NCBI GenBank assembly: GCA_036867785.1
Contig: CP145414.1
Span: 868,001-932,000, forward strand
Origin: Plasmodiophora brassicae
Taxonomy: Eukaryota
Length of the DNA: 64,000 nucleotides
Direction of reading: 5' to 3'
Shown here: piece after piece, positions 36,468 through 46,998 of the stretch
Layout: the number at the start of each line of letters is the position of its first letter
Position numbering within the stretch: the stretch's first letter is position 1
Position numbers and translations under genes: made by a program
Notes under the pieces: model-generated
Databases searched by the model: none
What the model was told of the DNA's origin: nothing
What the model saw: the letters and a program-made list of their open reading frames with translations, nothing else

Positions 36468-37508
36468 CTAGCCGTGTCGCGAATGAGGAATGGGGATCGG
36501 CTCAGACGGCGCTAAACTGTTCGGTTCGATGGGCTGGGCATGATGGTGGAGGTAACTCGGATAGGTGAAACGTCGGCGTCGCCCGACATCGGCGCAACGC
36601 CCGCCGACGTCCAGCTCATCATCAGTGCCGTCGATGCCATTCTGTACAGCCGTCGACGACCGGCGCTTCAGTTCGAAGGCCAGCCGCTTCCGGAAGGGCA
36701 ATTGCTTCTCGTCGACGGTCTCGGCCACTTTCTCGTGCATCGCACCAGTCTCCACTTCTTCAACAGTGTCGCCGGTTCGATCATCCTGCCTAATTAGCAG
36801 AGACCCGATCAGGTTCTCCAATCCAGGTTTGCTAGCCATATCGCGCCGCCGCATGAACTTGTCCAGGTCATTCCGGGGATACTTCAGCCACTGCACTGGT
36901 ACTAGCTCGCCCAATGCCAGTCTTTCGCTATTTCGTGGGTCTAGCTGTCGCTCCCTGGCTGGGACCTTTACCACAGGGGTCGCCAGAGCCGTCATATTAT
37001 CGAGCCTGTTCGTCAGCGGCAGCACCTCATTCGTCAGACGAACGAGATCATCGATGCCGGGATCCGTCGGCATGGTTGACCTCGAACAAACTCCTTTAGC
37101 AGGCTCTAGCCCTTGGTCGTCGTCGTCACTGTGGCTACTGGGCGATTCCTGATAACTGGGCGACACACATCGCCCATCCTTGACAATCCGCAGCAGCAGG
37201 TCTCTGGTTGTCAGCCGAGATTTCGCGACGGGGTCCAGGTCGGCGTCATCGTCAGTGTCGTACCTTGAACACCATTCGTCCATTGTGGTCCATGTCTTTG
37301 GATGCTGTCGCGATCCGTATCTCGAGGTCAGACCGACGGGCAGTGACACCTGGCGACGCACACGTCGAGCGAATGTCGAAGTCCGAGCGGGGGCCGGATC
37401 CGATGCCGAATCCGGTGGCGATTCCATTTCCATCTCACCGAAGAACCCTTCCAACTCCATAGCACAGCACAGAGCTGCCGTCGTCAAGACGGGTAGCAGA
37501 CGGAACAT
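36468..37508 (-). CDS. Intronless secreted disordered protein, candidate effector (paralog A)
   Basis: Signal peptide MFRLLPVLTTAALCCA; shares ordered motifs with 38946-39890. Confidence 0.75.
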   Translation of the reverse strand: MFRLLPVLTTAALCCAMELEGFFGEMEMESPPDSASDPAPARTSTFARRVRRQVSLPVGLTSRYGSRQHPKTWTTMDEWCSRYDTDDDADLDPVAKSRLTTRDLLLRIVKDGRCVSPSYQESPSSHSDDDDQGLEPAKGVCSRSTMPTDPGIDDLVRLTNEVLPLTNRLDNMTALATPVVKVPARERQLDPRNSERLALGELVPVQWLKYPRNDLDKFMRRRDMASKPGLENLIGSLLIRQDDRTGDTVEEVETGAMHEKVAETVDEKQLPFRKRLAFELKRRSSTAVQNGIDGTDDELDVGGRCADVGRRRRFTYPSYLHHHAQPIEPNSLAPSEPIPIPHSRHG

Positions 37509-38945
37509 TGCCGACCGGTGTCCAGGCGGGTCTCTCTTCTCCCTGGTCGGGTCGGAAGCCCAAGAGAAATGCCGCCGGACGACTCGTTCGACCCGCAACA
37601 AGTGGAGCGAAACAAAAATAGCCAGCGAATTCATCCGCCCGATGAGACCACAGCTGACCGCTGACCACAATTGACCAGTGAAGTCCGCCGCGGGTCGTGG
37701 CCCACAACACGCGAGCATGCGGAACGTCAGTCCCGAACTCGAAAGCTATTTTTGAAAGCCCGGCTTCGCTGCGAACCCACGAGGCCATGGACCATGGCAA
37801 TGGTCGGACTGATGAGTGATGACCCACCAGCCACCAGTTCAGAACACGTTGTCGAATCACATTCATTATAATTATCAGCCATCATTGCACAACTTGTCGT
37901 CGTGTTCGGATGACGGACTATGCTGTCCTCATGTACTCCAGATTAGGGTGCGATGTTTACCAAGTGCCATATACGAGACCATCAAGTGCCAATGGAACGC
38001 TGAGATCACCGGCGCTTGATGTCATACGGGTCTTTGTCGACGGACGCCTTGAGAAAATGCAACGCGTGCAGTTGCAATGAGGACATGACAACGGGTATAC
38101 AGATGACAGCGCGTGAACTACCAGGCCAGCAGAGCGTACCTGGGTTTAGCAAACGAGATCGGCTCGGAACACTTTGGACGTCCGGGATCGATCAATGCCT
38201 TGGTGAGCGGACCTAGGAATGGCGATTGCTTCCGTCGACGATGTCAGTGCCTTCCCTGCCACCAACGGTGGTCCGTCGCCCGCAGTCTCGCAGAGCTCTT
38301 GCTTACATCATCTGCCACAAGCGTATCCCGCATTGGTGCGCTGCGGGAACCTGTTCAGGTCATCATGGTGCCCAGTTCCCCACGGTTCAGGAATGAACTT
38401 GACTCATACCAACCGGATGTCAGATGTGATTTAGGACGAGTAGTTGCCAGCCGAATATGTTAACTTGTGGTCGTTGATGGCACTCCGGCTATCCTTCATG
38501 GGTACACCACGTCACCGGACCCGTCGATATTGGCCTCCGCATGACTGGATTCTTGCAGAAATTGTGAAAGGCCTGATGCTGAATTCGGTAGCCATCGCCA
38601 CGGCAGCAGCAAACGCACGAGACACGGCGCACCAATTCCATTCCACATAAGGTTCTAGTCGCATCGGATCGCGTCCACCTGCTTTGTGCGACGCAGAGGA
38701 ATTTGACAGCACCATTATCTTCACGAACGCCAAAAGAGACGCATGTTGAGCTGGCCGTTGACGAATACGAACGTCGAAAGGACAGATATCATTGAGCGCG
38801 AACCTTTATCGCGTTCATACCAAATTCAGTAATCTCACACGTGGGCCGCTTCCTGACATGCAACGCTGTGCGACCAACATTCTCCACGATTGACGGAAAT
38901 GGCACTGACCGTAGTGTATGTAACAATTCAACAACGAGTGCAGGA

Positions 38946-39890
38946 CTACAAATGCTCGCGGTCGGAATTGCTTGGGCGGACGGCAGTCGGTTCAGATCGT
39001 TTGGGAAACGCCGATTCGACTGGCGCTTCATGATCTTCATCGTGGACGAATGCTGGGAAGCTAGAACGACGCCGTATAGCATGGCGACGACGCCAGGTTT
39101 CATCATCAGCGTCAACGTCTTCTTCCCCCGACATGCCCGACGATCGGCGCTTCCGAAGCTGCTGCAAAGCCAGCCTCTTACGTAACGGCGCCTGCTTCTC
39201 GTCGACGCGGTCACTGAAGCCGTCGGGCACACGGTCCTGCAGCCTTGGCGGCGAATCGTACACATGAACATCCAATACAGGCGAGTCCACACTGCGAGGC
39301 CACCTGAACTCGTCCCGCTCATGACGCCTAATCCACAACGACCGTGAACCTGCCGGGGGTTTGCCCTCGGTGGATGGTGATGACCGAATCCCGGCTGGAG
39401 CCGCTCTTGCGCGCTGATCGCCTCCGGATGGCTCAATCATCATCGTCGAAGTTAGAGACACTAGATCATCGACGCTATCCGAACGCCTCAACGTTGATTT
39501 TGAGGCACGGTCCCCGGTAGGCCTTGGTTGTTCCGCGCCTTTGTTGTCGTCAACAAGAATGCCGCCGTCACTCTCGGAAGACGATGGTTCCCACATTAGC
39601 ATCATCAGCCCTCCTGTCGAAATCGCGTCGGTGCTCTTGTCGCGTTTGATCATCGGGGACCACGAATCGCCAATCTGCGTATATGTCTCTGGGTTCGTTC
39701 TGGCCCGTCGACGCTCGTATTGTGTTGGGATCTGGACCGGTAACGACGACTGGCGGCGTACGCGTCCTCCACCAGGAATCGGGATGGGCGGCGATGCCGT
39801 ATCCGGTCGTGGGTCCGTCTCCATCCCGAGCACCTCCAGAACACAGCACACGGAGGCCATTGTCAGAACGACAGCAAGCGCACGCGCCAT
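38946..39890 (-). CDS. Intronless secreted disordered protein, candidate effector (paralog B)
   Basis: Signal peptide MARALAVVLTMASVCCVLEVLG; RVRRQSSLPV, VDDLVSLT, VDEKQAPLRKRLA, RRRSSFP. Confidence 0.75.
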   Translation of the reverse strand: MARALAVVLTMASVCCVLEVLGMETDPRPDTASPPIPIPGGGRVRRQSSLPVQIPTQYERRRARTNPETYTQIGDSWSPMIKRDKSTDAISTGGLMMLMWEPSSSESDGGILVDDNKGAEQPRPTGDRASKSTLRRSDSVDDLVSLTSTMMIEPSGGDQRARAAPAGIRSSPSTEGKPPAGSRSLWIRRHERDEFRWPRSVDSPVLDVHVYDSPPRLQDRVPDGFSDRVDEKQAPLRKRLALQQLRKRRSSGMSGEEDVDADDETWRRRHAIRRRSSFPAFVHDEDHEAPVESAFPKRSEPTAVRPSNSDREHL

Positions 39891-41089
39891 GGCCACCGTG
39901 CCCATTGCCTCAGCGACGATGAGGACCGCAAATGCGTTGTGGTCGAGGTCGGAAGGTCGGTGTCCAAACGACAACACCGCGGCGACTTGCGCAAAACAGA
40001 AATAACCGTTCAGCTCCAGTCAGCCACGTGTCCACGGCAGTCCGTATTCCGCACCGACCTCACGCTATTTTTGTCGCAGCCAGCGGACCAACCGTACACC
40101 TCATGTTCCGTTCCGGTCAGCGCATGCGTGAGATTCACTTCGATTCTGGAGCCCTCCCTTCATTAAGCAATGATCATTTCGAGCACAGTACCGTTGCCTT
40201 TCTGACAAAGGCGCCTACCGAGGACTCTGTAGTTATCCTTTCCGTTGGCCGTACTATCCGTGGCCAAAGCAGGTCTAGTTGACTGCTGACGAGTATAAAC
40301 ATCTCCCTTCTTTGGCACCGATATTCCGTTTAATCCACAGGACGACCACGTCATTTGGATGGCTGATGCTGTGTGCTCTGTGTGCTCTGTTCATTAACTA
40401 GCGACTATCCGAAGTCTTGGCGATGCATTTATGAGCCAGCTTTTGAAGTTGAACGAACAAACGAGTTACCAGCTCGGAAGGCCGCGTCTAAAGTAGGGAA
40501 TGTGGCTGGAAGCAGATTGCTGTGGGTCCTGCGCCTTGCGGGACCAGGCAGTACCTTGAAGATAGTTTATTTGGGTTTCGCGCTTTTCACGCAGGCGCCT
40601 CGGTTAGTACCTTGGAAGATGGCCAAATCCTGCATAGGCCAAACGACGACGCGCAACATCGTTGTTTTCGTACTCCTCGGTTAACGGTGATCGCCGTTGT
40701 GGAGCTTGGCTCACGTTGTCAGGGCCGGCTGGGCGCGTGCGTGCGACATCCGTACGGTAACGGGTACGATACCGGCGGTGGTTATTCCGATGTTGTGGAG
40801 ACAATCGTTGTCTGGCGTCACATCACGTCTTGTCGTTTCCTAGCAGTGGGGGCTCAATCGAGCAGATGCGGTAGGCTAGATTCGAGACCCTGCGGAGGTG
40901 CAGAAGAATTGCTGGCGAACAACATACTCGGGCCCGTCCAGCTACTGTTGACAGGCGCGTCAGGGTGCCCGTCGCAGTGTCACTCCCGTTTGTTTGCTCA
41001 ACCCACGTTGAGCACGCAATCGACGCCAGACATGTACGTTCGGGCCCGAACGTTGGATGAGGAACGAGCACGTGAACGAGTACAGTATA

Positions 41090-41617
41090 TCAGTACCAGA
41101 TGTCGCGAGAGTGGCCGTACAACTTGGCGAGCTGCATTGGGGTCTTGTTGTGCTTGTCGACGGCCATCAGGTCGATGTTGTCAACGTCGAACAGGAGCCC
41201 AACGATTCTGTTGCCTTCTCGACAGGCCAGGTGTAAAGCGGTCTGCCCGTTTCGATCACGAGCGTTGACCTCGGTACTGCGTTCCCTGAGCAGCAACGTG
41301 GCGACCTCCTCGGATCCGGTCTTGGCCGCACGATGCAACGGCGTCTGATCGTGCATATCGCGGGCATTGGTGTCGGCGCCATACTCGATCAGGACAGTGG
41401 CCCCGGGCAGATCGTCCAGTTCGGCGGCGATGTGCAGAGGAGTATCGCCATCGGGCAGGATTATGTTGGCTTCGACGATGCCCATCTCCACGAGCTCCAC
41501 AATACCGTCCAGGTCGCGATCGGCAATGGCGCGTTCGAGCGCTTGCCCCGCGTTCAACGCAATAGCCGCAGGAAGGAATACAACCAGCAACGCAGACGCC
41601 CCAAGTTTCACATTCAT
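41090..41617 (-). CDS. Intronless secreted ankyrin-repeat protein
   Basis: Signal peptide MNVKLGASALLVVFLPAAIA; GDTPLHIAA, DQTPLHRAA, GQTALHLAC, KTPMQLA. Confidence 0.92.
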   Translation of the reverse strand: MNVKLGASALLVVFLPAAIALNAGQALERAIADRDLDGIVELVEMGIVEANIILPDGDTPLHIAAELDDLPGATVLIEYGADTNARDMHDQTPLHRAAKTGSEEVATLLLRERSTEVNARDRNGQTALHLACREGNRIVGLLFDVDNIDLMAVDKHNKTPMQLAKLYGHSRDIWY

Positions 41618-41966
41618 GGTTGGGCGCTCTCCGAACCAACACCAACGGGAACCCTTTTACTGATATACTACTGTCACTGGCAGTGGCAGCCAGTTCTGTC
41701 ACTGGTATCCGGATTCGGGAATATCGAATCTCGCGGGCGATAGGCGGGACCCGGCACTGGGAACGCCACGTCCGCGCCATCCGCCACAGTTACTGCCGAA
41801 GTGACTACCGGCACCCGTCCCTCTTACCGGGCGCTGGTTCGGCAAGGTGACGCGCAACCGATCTGGGGCAGCAGGGGGTACCCGCAGCACGGGCGCTGCG
41901 TCGCAAGTTGCGGGACTGCAGCGTCCACACAGTGCTGCCGTCGTGTGCGCGCAGCGGCGGGTCTGA

Positions 41967-43037
41967 ATGGCGTCAGGGCGGTGGCGATCATGCTGCCGTC
42001 GAGTCATGTCGGGTGTCGCGACAGCGGAGATGCCGAGAGCGGCGAACCTGCCGACGGGACTTCGTCGCGTGGGGGCGGACGAGCGTGCCGGGGCGCTGTA
42101 CCGCGGGCCGGTGAAGGCCGTCATTCTGGATTGGAGCGGGACGCTGGCCGACGAGCACGTGATCGCACCGATCGACGTGCTGCTGGACGTGTTCAAGCGG
42201 CACGGCGTAGAGATCACGATGGAGGAGGCGCGCCTGCCGTTGGGGTTGAGGAAGGACGAGCACATTGCGAAAATCCTGGCGATCCCCGACGTTCAACGAC
42301 GATGGAAGGAGGCGCATGACGGCGCCGCATCCATGGCCTGTGACGTTCAGACTCTGTACAACGAGTTCATTCCGAAGCAGCTCGAGGTGATGCGAAAGCA
42401 CACATCGCTGAGTACGTTCTGTATTGCGGATGCGCGTTCTCTTCTGACGGCAGCGCTCTCTGCAGTACCGGGTGCAGTCGATGCAGTGGACGAGCTCAGG
42501 GACCAGTTCAAGTGCAAGATCGGCGTCACGACTGGACTGCCACAGGCGCTCGCGGAGGTCATGCTGCACGACGGTAGCGGCCAGGGGTTCGTCCCCGATA
42601 GCAATGTGAGCGCCGACACCATCCCTAAGGGGTTGGGATGCCGGCCAGCTCCCTTTATGGTATGGCCGAATGGACGAGAGTGTCTTCTATCTCGTCCTGA
42701 ACATGTGGGTGGGTGTTAGGTCTATGAGAACCTCGCACAACTGGGAGTATACCCGATTCACTCTGTTGTGAAGGTCGACGATACTGCCGTCGGCGTCGCA
42801 GAGGGTGTCAATGCCGGGTGCTGGTCAGTTGGCATCGCTGGAGCGGGGAGCTACACGAACGTTAAGACAAGACAGCACTGGGCGGTCCTTGATCGTAACG
42901 ACAAAGAGGCTCGCCTTGAACACGCCCGCAGTGAATTGGTCAAGGGCGGCGCGCACTACGTCATCGATTCGATCAGCCTGCTGCCTGTCGTTGTTCGCGA
43001 CATCAACTCCCGCCTCGCCGAAGGCGACCGCCCCTAG
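41967..43037 (+). CDS. phnX: Phosphonoacetaldehyde hydrolase (phosphonatase, HAD family), 3 exons
   Basis: VKAVILDWSGTLAD, EEARLPLGLRKDEHI (Schiff-base Lys), IGVTTG, RPAPFMV, VKVDDTAVGVAEGVNAGCWSVG, GAHYVIDS. Confidence 0.92.
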
Positions 43038-43977
43038 TGTGGCTCCTGAGCTTCCGCCCTGCTTCTGCAATCATCGCGTGTGCTCCTTGCCACAATGATT
43101 TGTCACAGAATGTATTCGAGCTTGACAGTTTGCAGTTAACAGTCTGGACGACAATCGACAACTAGTGGTCGGTACGACGCTTTGAGAACTGGACCTTGCT
43201 CTGGGTGGAAATCGCCTCTTCAAATCCACGCAGGGTACATGCTCTAGAATCAGCAGGTCAACGCTTCGCCCCATGCGCCTGTCGATCATGTGGCAGTTGT
43301 CTGCAGAGCTGGTCCTCAGCTGTGTCGCTGTCGCCATCGCATGGCTCGCAGGCGAACCAGGTATTGGAACTTGGCGCTATCGCGAGCAACCATTGCAAAT
43401 GAGCGCACCAGAAACGAGTATGGTGAAGGACAAGGCGGGGTCAGGGAAAGAAGCTCCCGAACCTGGCAGTCGAGCAGAGTCACATTTGCAGACGACCAAG
43501 GCCTCCCAGCTTTCAGGCTGGTGTCGTTTTTCTTTCGTGAAGGGGTGGTGAACGTCGTGGTAATCGAAAGTGTCCACTGCCATGGTTTGTCCCGGCAATC
43601 ATTGCCACGTAGTGACTAATGCAACGAGATTATGGAATATGGCGTGGGGTGAGCGGAGCAAACACAGCCGGATGGCCGGTGCTCAACGCCGACGCTCGCT
43701 CGAGGACGCCAGCAACGGGCCCGCAACCGCTGGCAATTCTACACCCATAGAGTGGCCAGGACATGCCTGACCGAGCGCTTGCCGTTCAGCTGCGTTTGGG
43801 ATAGCCCGCCGCCCTCAGCGAACACAGCAAGCCAACGCCAAGGCAGTCATTGACTCGTGGTTCCCGTCCATTGCTTCGGAGCAGTGCAGCCGGACCCCTA
43901 TTAACGGCTGTGAACGGGAGCGTGCCGCTATGGGACGCCACGCAGTCCGGATCATATATGACGGCTGCCCTAAGGTT

Positions 43978-44639
43978 TTACAAGTATACTAGATTCATCG
44001 TGGAGCCTCGCGCGTTATATCGCTGGATGTCGCAAGGGTGGTTCGTCCAGCCGGCACCTAGGCCGAGATGCATGGCCTGATTGCGAACGGCTCGACGTGG
44101 GGGGTCCCGATTAGCCAGCCGCATCAGGCGCGCGCCTCGTGAACCTCGCAGGTCGGAATCGCTCAGGACCCGCAGCATCATGCTGTTGTCATGCTTGATA
44201 ATCGGCTGCAAGCGCTTCGCGGAAGGTCGTGGAGCGCGCCCGGGGCCACCAAGCATCTTCTCGGCCAGTGCCCCCCAGGACGATGTCAAATCCTTGAGCG
44301 AGTCGGAAGCAATCGTGTTGTCAACATCCGTCATGATGGCCTCGCGCTGCTTCTCCAATCGCTTCAGCAGCGGTGACGATACTTGGCGGTGGATGGTCCG
44401 GCTGATCTGTAGGTCCAGCGGCATCTCTGGGATGGCCGGTGACGATGTCGAGAACAATAGTGAGAAGCACAGTGAACGGACATCATTGCTGCTGGATGAT
44501 GGAGATCGCCCGACAAACTCGTCGATTAAGCCCTATGGAAACGCGCGCGACGTCAGAAGCGGAACATCGCATCTGGCGTTCCCAATGGAGGCACCGTGAT
44601 TTCGTCTAGTGGATCGCACGGAGCGCTCCTTCGACCCAT
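43978..44639 (-). CDS. Hypothetical protein, multi-exon
   Basis: Spliced MGRRSAPCDPLDEIT|GLIDEFVGRSP... continues into ORF 43978-44457 (HRQVSSPLLKRLEK, RVLSDSDLRG). Confidence 0.5.
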
Positions 44640-44646
44640 GCAACGA

Positions 44647-45521
44647 GTTGCCTGACGAACAAGAGACGACGGCGATATCGCGATCATCAACTGTACCCAA
44701 CCGACAGCAACCAATATCTTCTTTCTCCTGCTGTATAAGGTTACTATGGAGAACCGGGCGGGGCCCCAGGCGCGTCCTGAAGAAGATGTGTACTGTGCGC
44801 TGTCTGGTGTCGTCTAAGGTAGGGATCGCGAGGGCGCCGACGAGCTGAAGGCAATTCTGGATGCTTACGTCGTAGAGCCGCTGCCACAGCCCGGGGTACA
44901 GGTGGACGTTCTACTGCTGGCATCCATCGCATCGACAAGACGAGCGGCCGGAGAGTTGTTGTCGTCCCCGTCCCAACCCGATCGTAGGAGGTCTCTTTGC
45001 GCATCGACGACGTGGTACTCGTCCACGTTCGGCTTCTTGTCCACGTTCAATCGGCTGTGCCGAATCTTCGCGTGACCCAGGAACAGACAAATGCCAAGTC
45101 GAACCGGGCACCCCATCGCTGCCTCCGGCATCGCTGTCGTCGGGAACAATGGCACTGTCGTCCAACGCTGCCGAGACAGCAGGCCTCAAATGGTCGGGTT
45201 GATACGCGACGACAACAACACTCCGGCCGGTCGTCTTGTCGGTGCGGTGGATGTCAGCTGTAGAACGTCCACCTGTACCCAGGGCTGTGACAGGCGCTCA
45301 GCGACATGAGCGTCCAGAATTGCCTTCAGCTCGTCGGCGTCCCTGCGCGCCCTAGTCGACACCAGACGGCGCACCGTCCACACCTTCTTCAGGGCGGACT
45401 CGCTGGAGGAAGCGGATGCCATCGTTGCCTGAAGAACACGCGACAAACGCGGTATCGCGATTTGCCAACCGTACCCAACCGACAGCAAACAATATGTTGT
45501 TACTCCTGCTGTACTGTTACT
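44647..45521. repeat. Diverged ~100-bp direct repeat (44647-44745 and 45424-45521) flanking the inverted repeat
   Basis: gttgcctga.gaaca...tatcgcgat...gtacccaaccgacagcaa.caatat...ctcctgctgta...gttact in both copies. Confidence 0.88.
44776..45393. repeat. Long imperfect inverted repeat (arms about 44776-44994 and 45181-45393)
   Basis: Arms align by eye over about 215 nt with exact blocks cgccgacgagctgaaggcaattctgga (27 nt) and gggtacaggtggacgttctac (21 nt). Confidence 0.92.
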
Positions 45522-46149
45522 CGCGGCGCCGTTTCCGCCCTCTGCATGCCGCTCTCGCCTGCATGCCTTCTACCCACAGGCACTTCGCCAGGTCGTTACA
45601 CGACAGGGTGCTTCCAGATGTACTCCCCGCATTGATCCGGTCGCAACGTTCCTTCATGCGCTTCTCGTACGCCCTGTAATGCGAGATCGTGTACTTGACG
45701 CCCAGGTCGGGGATCGCTTCCATCGCCTCATCGGCCATAAACGGGACGCGCCCGTCGCTGTGATACGCCGCCAGAATTGCTGACGCTGTCGCCGGCCCGA
45801 CACCTTTCAACGTCACTAACGAGTCAAACGCATCCGAGACCGTCTTCGCGGCGAACGCATCCGATGTCGCCTTCACAACGTCATCCTCGCGATTCCGCCG
45901 GATTAACGCCAGCAACTGAGGGCGGAACTTGCCGCGACGAAGCTTCCACGACATCAGCCGCTGGAGGTCAGCCATCGACAGGTGCGGCGGCTGCCTGGCG
46001 TTCGCCTCCTCCGACAGCGCCGTCCACATCCAGTCGTCGTCGTCCCCGACCTCGGGCACCAGCTCGCGGACACGCTTCGGGTACTCACCCAGCACCGCCC
46101 GCCACGCGTCCGCGTCATCGTTCGCCCACAGCGACGACGTCGACGGCAT
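45517..46149 (-). CDS. Amun-like helix-hairpin-helix (DNA glycosylase fold) protein, intronless
   Basis: LQRLMSWKLRRGKFRPQL, LVTLKGVGPATASAILAA, PFMADEA, and a C-terminal basic NLS RGRKRRRE. Confidence 0.85.
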   Translation of the reverse strand: MPSTSSLWANDDADAWRAVLGEYPKRVRELVPEVGDDDDWMWTALSEEANARQPPHLSMADLQRLMSWKLRRGKFRPQLLALIRRNREDDVVKATSDAFAAKTVSDAFDSLVTLKGVGPATASAILAAYHSDGRVPFMADEAMEAIPDLGVKYTISHYRAYEKRMKERCDRINAGSTSGSTLSCNDLAKCLWVEGMQARAACRGRKRRRE

Positions 46150-46229
46150 CGCGCTGCGGGTTCCGCTGCCACCTAGACCACGGGCTGCGACTGCGATATG
46201 CGCCTGCCACTGCCATTCGGAACTGCGGC

Positions 46230-46867
46230 TATAGATCTGTTAGTTATTTTGGCGTTATATAACGGGCGTTATATAACGCGTTATATAACGTTATGTCACA
46301 GAGGCGTTATATAACGCGTTATATTCCATTTATAACGAATAACAGTGTACCGGTCATGTTTCACACCCATCCTGATTCTACGACCACTTCCTCGGTATCA
46401 GAGTCGCTGTAGGTCACGTGGTCGTCAATTTCGTTTGGATTCACTACGCGGTCGACCTCGCGATCACAGGCATCTACAAATTCGAAGTCGTCGACAGGAT
46501 CAATCACGTCGTCATCTTCGCATCCACCGGCAGCAGATCCCACAGAGATTTTGTCAGGAGTGGAAACTGATGAGGTGCTTGAGGAGTCCGTCTATCGGGC
46601 GTGCGTCCGGGACCTTTCGCTTGATTTGGGACGAATTGAAACACACTGCAGTCTGGCGTTCAATATTCGCGTCTTCAAGTCTGCTTCGAGATGTCAATGC
46701 GAGTCCGCCGGATTTCCACGGCCTCTCCGCGCAGTCCGGGCTGTCCGGGGCGGTCTCCAAGCGTCTCCAAAAAGGGCGTTATATAACCGTTATATAACCG
46801 TTATATAACGTTACATAACGTTATATAACGCCCACCCCCCCGCCAAGCGTTATATAACAGATCTATA
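46230..46867. mobile_element. Non-autonomous hAT-like DNA transposon, 638 bp
   Basis: 13-bp TIRs tatagatctgtta / taacagatctata; 8-bp TSD actgcggc at 46222-46229 and 46868-46875; nine perfect subterminal gttatataac palindromes; internal minus-strand remnant RSRLEDANIERQTAVCFN resembling the end of a hAT dimerisation domain. Confidence 0.9.
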
Positions 46868-46998
46868 ACTGCGGCACGCGACGAATGGTCGGAGCACAGC
46901 GTTTGTGGATTTGGGACTGCGAACTGCAGCGTCGGCCGCGGCCCGCGACTGCAGAGAAAGCGCGCGCGCCCATCGTTCATTCTCGACGCCACTTGCTA

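Noticed and set aside
37750..38900. Short ORFs in long intergenic gaps (also 40000-41050 and 43100-43950)
   Set aside because: No consistent splice model, motif or RNA structure was recognised.
46250..46860. gttatataac arrays as telomeric, CRISPR or origin repeats
   Set aside because: They lie symmetrically inside TIRs and a TSD, so they are transposon subterminal repeats.
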